Assembly (NCBI GenBank): GCA_963795165.1
Contig: CAWCGT010000002.1
Coordinates: forward strand, 269,000-332,999
Length of the DNA stretch: 64,000 nucleotides
Direction of reading: 5' to 3'
Source: an uncultured Microthrixaceae bacterium
GTDB taxonomy: Bacteria; Actinomycetota; Acidimicrobiia; Acidimicrobiales; VFJN01
Part shown: piece by piece, positions 61,535 through 64,000 of the stretch
Numbering within the stretch: position 1 is the stretch's first letter
How the letters are laid out: every line of letters starts with the position of its first letter
Program-made: the position numbers and the translations under genes
Notes under the pieces: model-generated
Seen by the model: the letters and a program-made list of their open reading frames with translations, nothing else
What the model was told of the DNA's origin: nothing
Database searches by the model: none

Positions 61535-62223
61535 GGTTGGCGTGCAGGAAGCCGACCGTCTGGGCCCAGGCCCGGCGCCGACGGTGGCCGCGTCGTAGAC
61601 CTCGGGGCGGGTGTCGTTGAAGAAGGCGTGGTCGACGCCAGGGTGCACGATCAGCTCGGCCGTCCTTGCCGAGCTCCTGCAGCCGCCGCTCGAGCTCGCG
61701 CACCGCCTCGGGCCTGAAGAACCCGTCGTCCTCGGCGAAGTGGCCGAGCACCGGGCCTCGAGAGCGCCGACCAGTCGGGCTGCGAGCGACGGCCACGGGA
61801 TGATCCCGTACCAGGGCACGCACGCGCTGGACCTTGTCGGGGCGCTGCGTGGCCAGCACCATCGCCAGCCCACCCGCCCATGCAGAACCCGGTGACTCCG
61901 ACCGAGGCCCCACCGGCTCGCCTGGACACCTCGTCGACCGCGCCACTCAGGTCCGTGGCCGCCTGCTCGAGGTTCATGGCCATCATCAGCTTCCCGGCCT
62001 CGTCGGGCTCGGTGGTCGCCTCACCGCGGTAGAGGTCGGGAGCGAGGGCGACGAAGCCCTCGGCGGCGAACCGCTCGCACACGTCCTCGATGTGGGGCAC
62101 CAGCCCCCACCACTCCTGGATGACGACCAGCGGAGGCCGGTGCCGCTCCGCCGGCGCGGCCAGGTAGCCCCTCGCCGTCGCACCGTTGGACGCGAACTCG
62201 ATCATCGCTCCCATGCCCGTCAA
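61527..62223 (-). pseudogene. Dienelactone hydrolase-family protein (frame-disrupted)
   Basis: ARGYLAAPAERHRPPLVVIQEWWGLVPHIEDVCERFAAEGFVALAPDLYRGE...VGVTGFCMGG (nucleophile) / LGHFAEDDGFFRPEAVRELERRLQELGK / AELIVHPGVDHAFFNDTRPEVYDA / AWAQTVGFLHANLS*. Confidence 0.7.
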
Positions 62224-62252
62224 CCTAGCCAGCGGGTGGCAGCCTGGAGGCT

Positions 62253-62609
62253 GTGAAGATCGCCTTGGTCGCCGTGGCCGGCGCCCTCGGCGCGCTGAGC
62301 CGCTGGGGCATCGGCACCTGGGTCGGCAGCCGGGCGTTCCCGTGGTCGACGCTGAGCATCAACGTCGTCGGGTCGTTCCTGCTGGGCCTCACGCTCCGGG
62401 CCGCCATGATTCGGGGCTGGCCCGACACCACCACCGTCCCCGTCGCCGTCGGGTTCCTCGGCGCCTTCACCACCTACTCCACCTTCTCCTACGAGGTGAC
62501 CGACCTGCTCCGCGACGACCGAGCGGGGACCGCGCTGGCCTACGTGGCGCTGAGCCTGGCGGGCGGGCTGCTGGCCGCCGCGGTCGGCTACGCCGCGGCC
62601 TCCCGCTAG
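62253..62609 (+). CDS. crcB: Fluoride ion channel CrcB
   Basis: Intact 118-aa ORF: GALGALSRWGI...PWSTLSINVVGSFLLG...GFLGAFTTYSTFSYE is the hallmark CrcB motif set. Confidence 0.85.
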   Translation: MKIALVAVAGALGALSRWGIGTWVGSRAFPWSTLSINVVGSFLLGLTLRAAMIRGWPDTTTVPVAVGFLGAFTTYSTFSYEVTDLLRDDRAGTALAYVALSLAGGLLAAAVGYAAASR

Positions 62610-63067
62610 TACGTGCCTTCGAGCTTCCGGTGGTCCCAGCTGACCACCCGGTCCACCGTCGACGCGCACCCCGAAGCGCTTGGCTCGCCGGTGGCCTGGA
62701 CGAAGGGCCGGACCTCGTCGGTGACCTCACCGAAGTAGCGGGCGTACACCGCCTCGCCGATGGCCATGATGTCGTCGCGATCGGTGAGCACCTCGGCCCG
62801 GCCCACCAGCTCCACGCCCATCAGCTCGGCGTACTCGTCGCCGGACTCCACCAGGAGGGTGGTGCGCGGGTCGCGCTGGAGGTTGCGGATCTTCTGGCTC
62901 TTGCCGAAGGTCCAGTACACGGGGTCGCCGTCGAGCACGGCGTACCACATGGCCACCAGGTGGATGCTGCCGTCGTGGTTGAACGACGCCACGTTCATCG
63001 TGTGGCGGCCGGAGAGGTACTCCTGCACCTCGGCCTCGGACATGCGGATCTGGTCGCGACGGGACAT
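62606..63067 (-). pseudogene. PPOX-class (probably F420-dependent) split-barrel protein (a compensating pair of frameshifts near the 3' end)
   Basis: MSRRDQIRMSEAEVQEYLSGRHTMNVASFNHDGSIHLVAMWYAVLDGDPVYWTFGKSQKIRNLQRDPRTTLLVESGDEY...VVSWDHRKL. Between ~62659 and 62692 another frame reads the more family-typical AKRFGVRVD. Confidence 0.65.
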
Positions 63068-63077
63068 GGCGGGTTGT

Positions 63078-63911
63078 CTACTGCCTGTAGGTGCCGGGCG
63101 CGTTGCCCGCGATCGAAGAGCTCCGGGGCCACCGGGCAGTCCGTGCGCCGGAGGGCGTCGGCCGGCGTCTCGCAGGCCCGAGGGCCCGCACACCTGGTCG
63201 ACCAGCGCCGAGGGGCACGACCTCCTCGTCGAGGTCCCACGGATCGGCCAGGCGGGTGGCCCGCCGATCGGCCAGGGCGTCCCACATGCGAGCCGGCAGC
63301 ATCCGGCCCACGCCCGCCGGCCAGCCACACGGGCACGTCGGCGTGGCGGGCCACGGTGGCCGCAGCCAGGGAACCGCTGACGCGCCACGAAGCCGGTGGG
63401 CCCCACCGCCACCGCCTCCAGCAGCAGCACGTCGGAGGACGCACACCGCCGCGCCCAGCCCGGAGGTCGGCACGTCGACGGCGTCGATGCCCGCCTGCGC
63501 CAGTCGCCGCACCAGCCCGCTGCCCTCGCCCGAGCGCGTCGACGGCCAGCACCTCCACGTCGCCGCGCGCGGGGCAGCGCCTCGCCCACCAGCTCGGGCC
63601 ATCCGATCACGCAGGCGGTGGCGTCCTCGGGCAGCGCGAAGGCCAGCTCGCCGGCCGTGGGGTCAGCGTCGATCTCCTCGACCGCCAGCCCACGCCTCGC
63701 GCTGACCGTCGGGGCTGGTGAGCACCCGGGCGCACAGCCACCACAGCGGCGCCGAGGTGGGGTGGCGGTCGACGATGCGTCGACAGGCCGCCACCAGCCC
63801 CGAGGGATCGTCGCGGAAGGCGGCCAGCGCCTGGGCCGTCTCCCGGACCAGCACCGCCTGGTCGGCGCCTGACGCCCGAGCGACGTAGCGGAGCCGCTCG
63901 ATCGGGTGCAC
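63078..63911 (-). pseudogene. Hypothetical conserved protein (frame-disrupted); family not recognised
   Basis: VHPIERLRYVARASGADQAVLVRETAQALAAFRDDPSGLVAACRRIVDRHPTSAPLWWLCARVLTSPD / ...ACVIGWPELVGEALP / VLLLEAVAVGPTGFVA / ...DCPVAPELF, followed across three frames. Confidence 0.35.
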
Positions 63912-64000
63912 CTAGAGGCCAGGCTTCCAGATCATCAGGTAGAGCATCACGAGGAGCAGCACGGTGGCGATCTGGCCGCCCATGGCCACCTTGGACTCGG
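63912..64000 (-). CDS. 3' end of a gene encoding a hydrophobic C-terminus (partial; continues past the window end)
   Basis: Reverse translation gives ...ESKVAMGGQIATVLLLVMLYLMIWKPGL* with the stop at 63914-63912. Confidence 0.3.
   Translation of the reverse strand, partial: ESKVAMGGQIATVLLLVMLYLMIWKPGL

Noticed and set aside
58128-61598. 1156-aa ORF spanning the acyl-CoA dehydrogenase and both CitE-like genes
   Set aside because: Most of its translation is low-complexity R/P/G junk. The real proteins are recovered piecewise from all three frames, and clear stop/start junctions exist at 59608-59612 and 60658-60661.
62224-62252. Fluoride riboswitch upstream of crcB
   Set aside because: Only ~29 nt separate the divergent dienelactone hydrolase start from the crcB GTG, too short for the ~50-60-nt crcB motif. 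I could not recognise its conserved core.

Overview
This is a 64-kb, very GC-rich (by eye >70% G+C) chromosomal segment. Gene content and order look like Actinomycetota; that assignment is an inference.

Recognisable content:
- A divergent PspC/LiaF-like envelope-stress pair.
- The lipoylation and 2-oxoacid dehydrogenase set: a lipB-lipA continuous ORF, E2, lpdA and aceE.
- A circularly permuted ATP-grasp / alpha-E / transglutaminase triad.
- Two TrkA genes and mscL.
- A hydantoinase A/B plus amidohydrolase operon.
- An RNase HI-YpsA(SLOG) fusion.
- An Rv1264-type adenylyl cyclase.
- An HhH-GPD / SdpA-like / HTTM(SdpB-like) trio.
- A VapBC-like toxin-antitoxin pair and tatA.
- Suf Fe-S assembly genes split into two convergent clusters with two sufC paralogs.
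- Two ABC exporter genes.
- A degenerate YhaN/SbcC-like coiled-coil membrane protein.
- Mcd-like / Mcl / CitE-like CoA-ester genes.
- crcB.

I found no rRNA, tRNA, CRISPR array, transposase or integrase.

Main caveat: reading frames are clean in some blocks (about 7.9-17.5 kb, 22.1-29.8 kb, 55.2-58.0 kb). Elsewhere (17.6-22.1, 29.8-55.2 and 58.0-63.9 kb) they are interrupted by single-base indels every ~50-300 nt. As a result many long six-frame ORFs, such as the 1573-aa and 1156-aa ones, are chimeras of neighbouring genes. The gene spans I give there were reconstructed by following conserved protein sequence across frames. Those genes are typed 'pseudogene', meaning 'frame-disrupted as sequenced'. 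I think most disruptions are consensus errors rather than biology.

No single obviously new system stands out. The candidates worth follow-up are:
- the HTTM/SdpAB-like trio;
- the ATP-grasp/alpha-E/transglutaminase triad;
- the RNase HI-SLOG fusion;
- a Cys-rich micro-gene inside the suf operon, plus a motif shared by both suf promoters;
- the highly structured sucB-lipB spacer;
- a synonymously diverged 72-nt tandem duplication inside hyuB;
- the P-loop-less SMC-like membrane protein.
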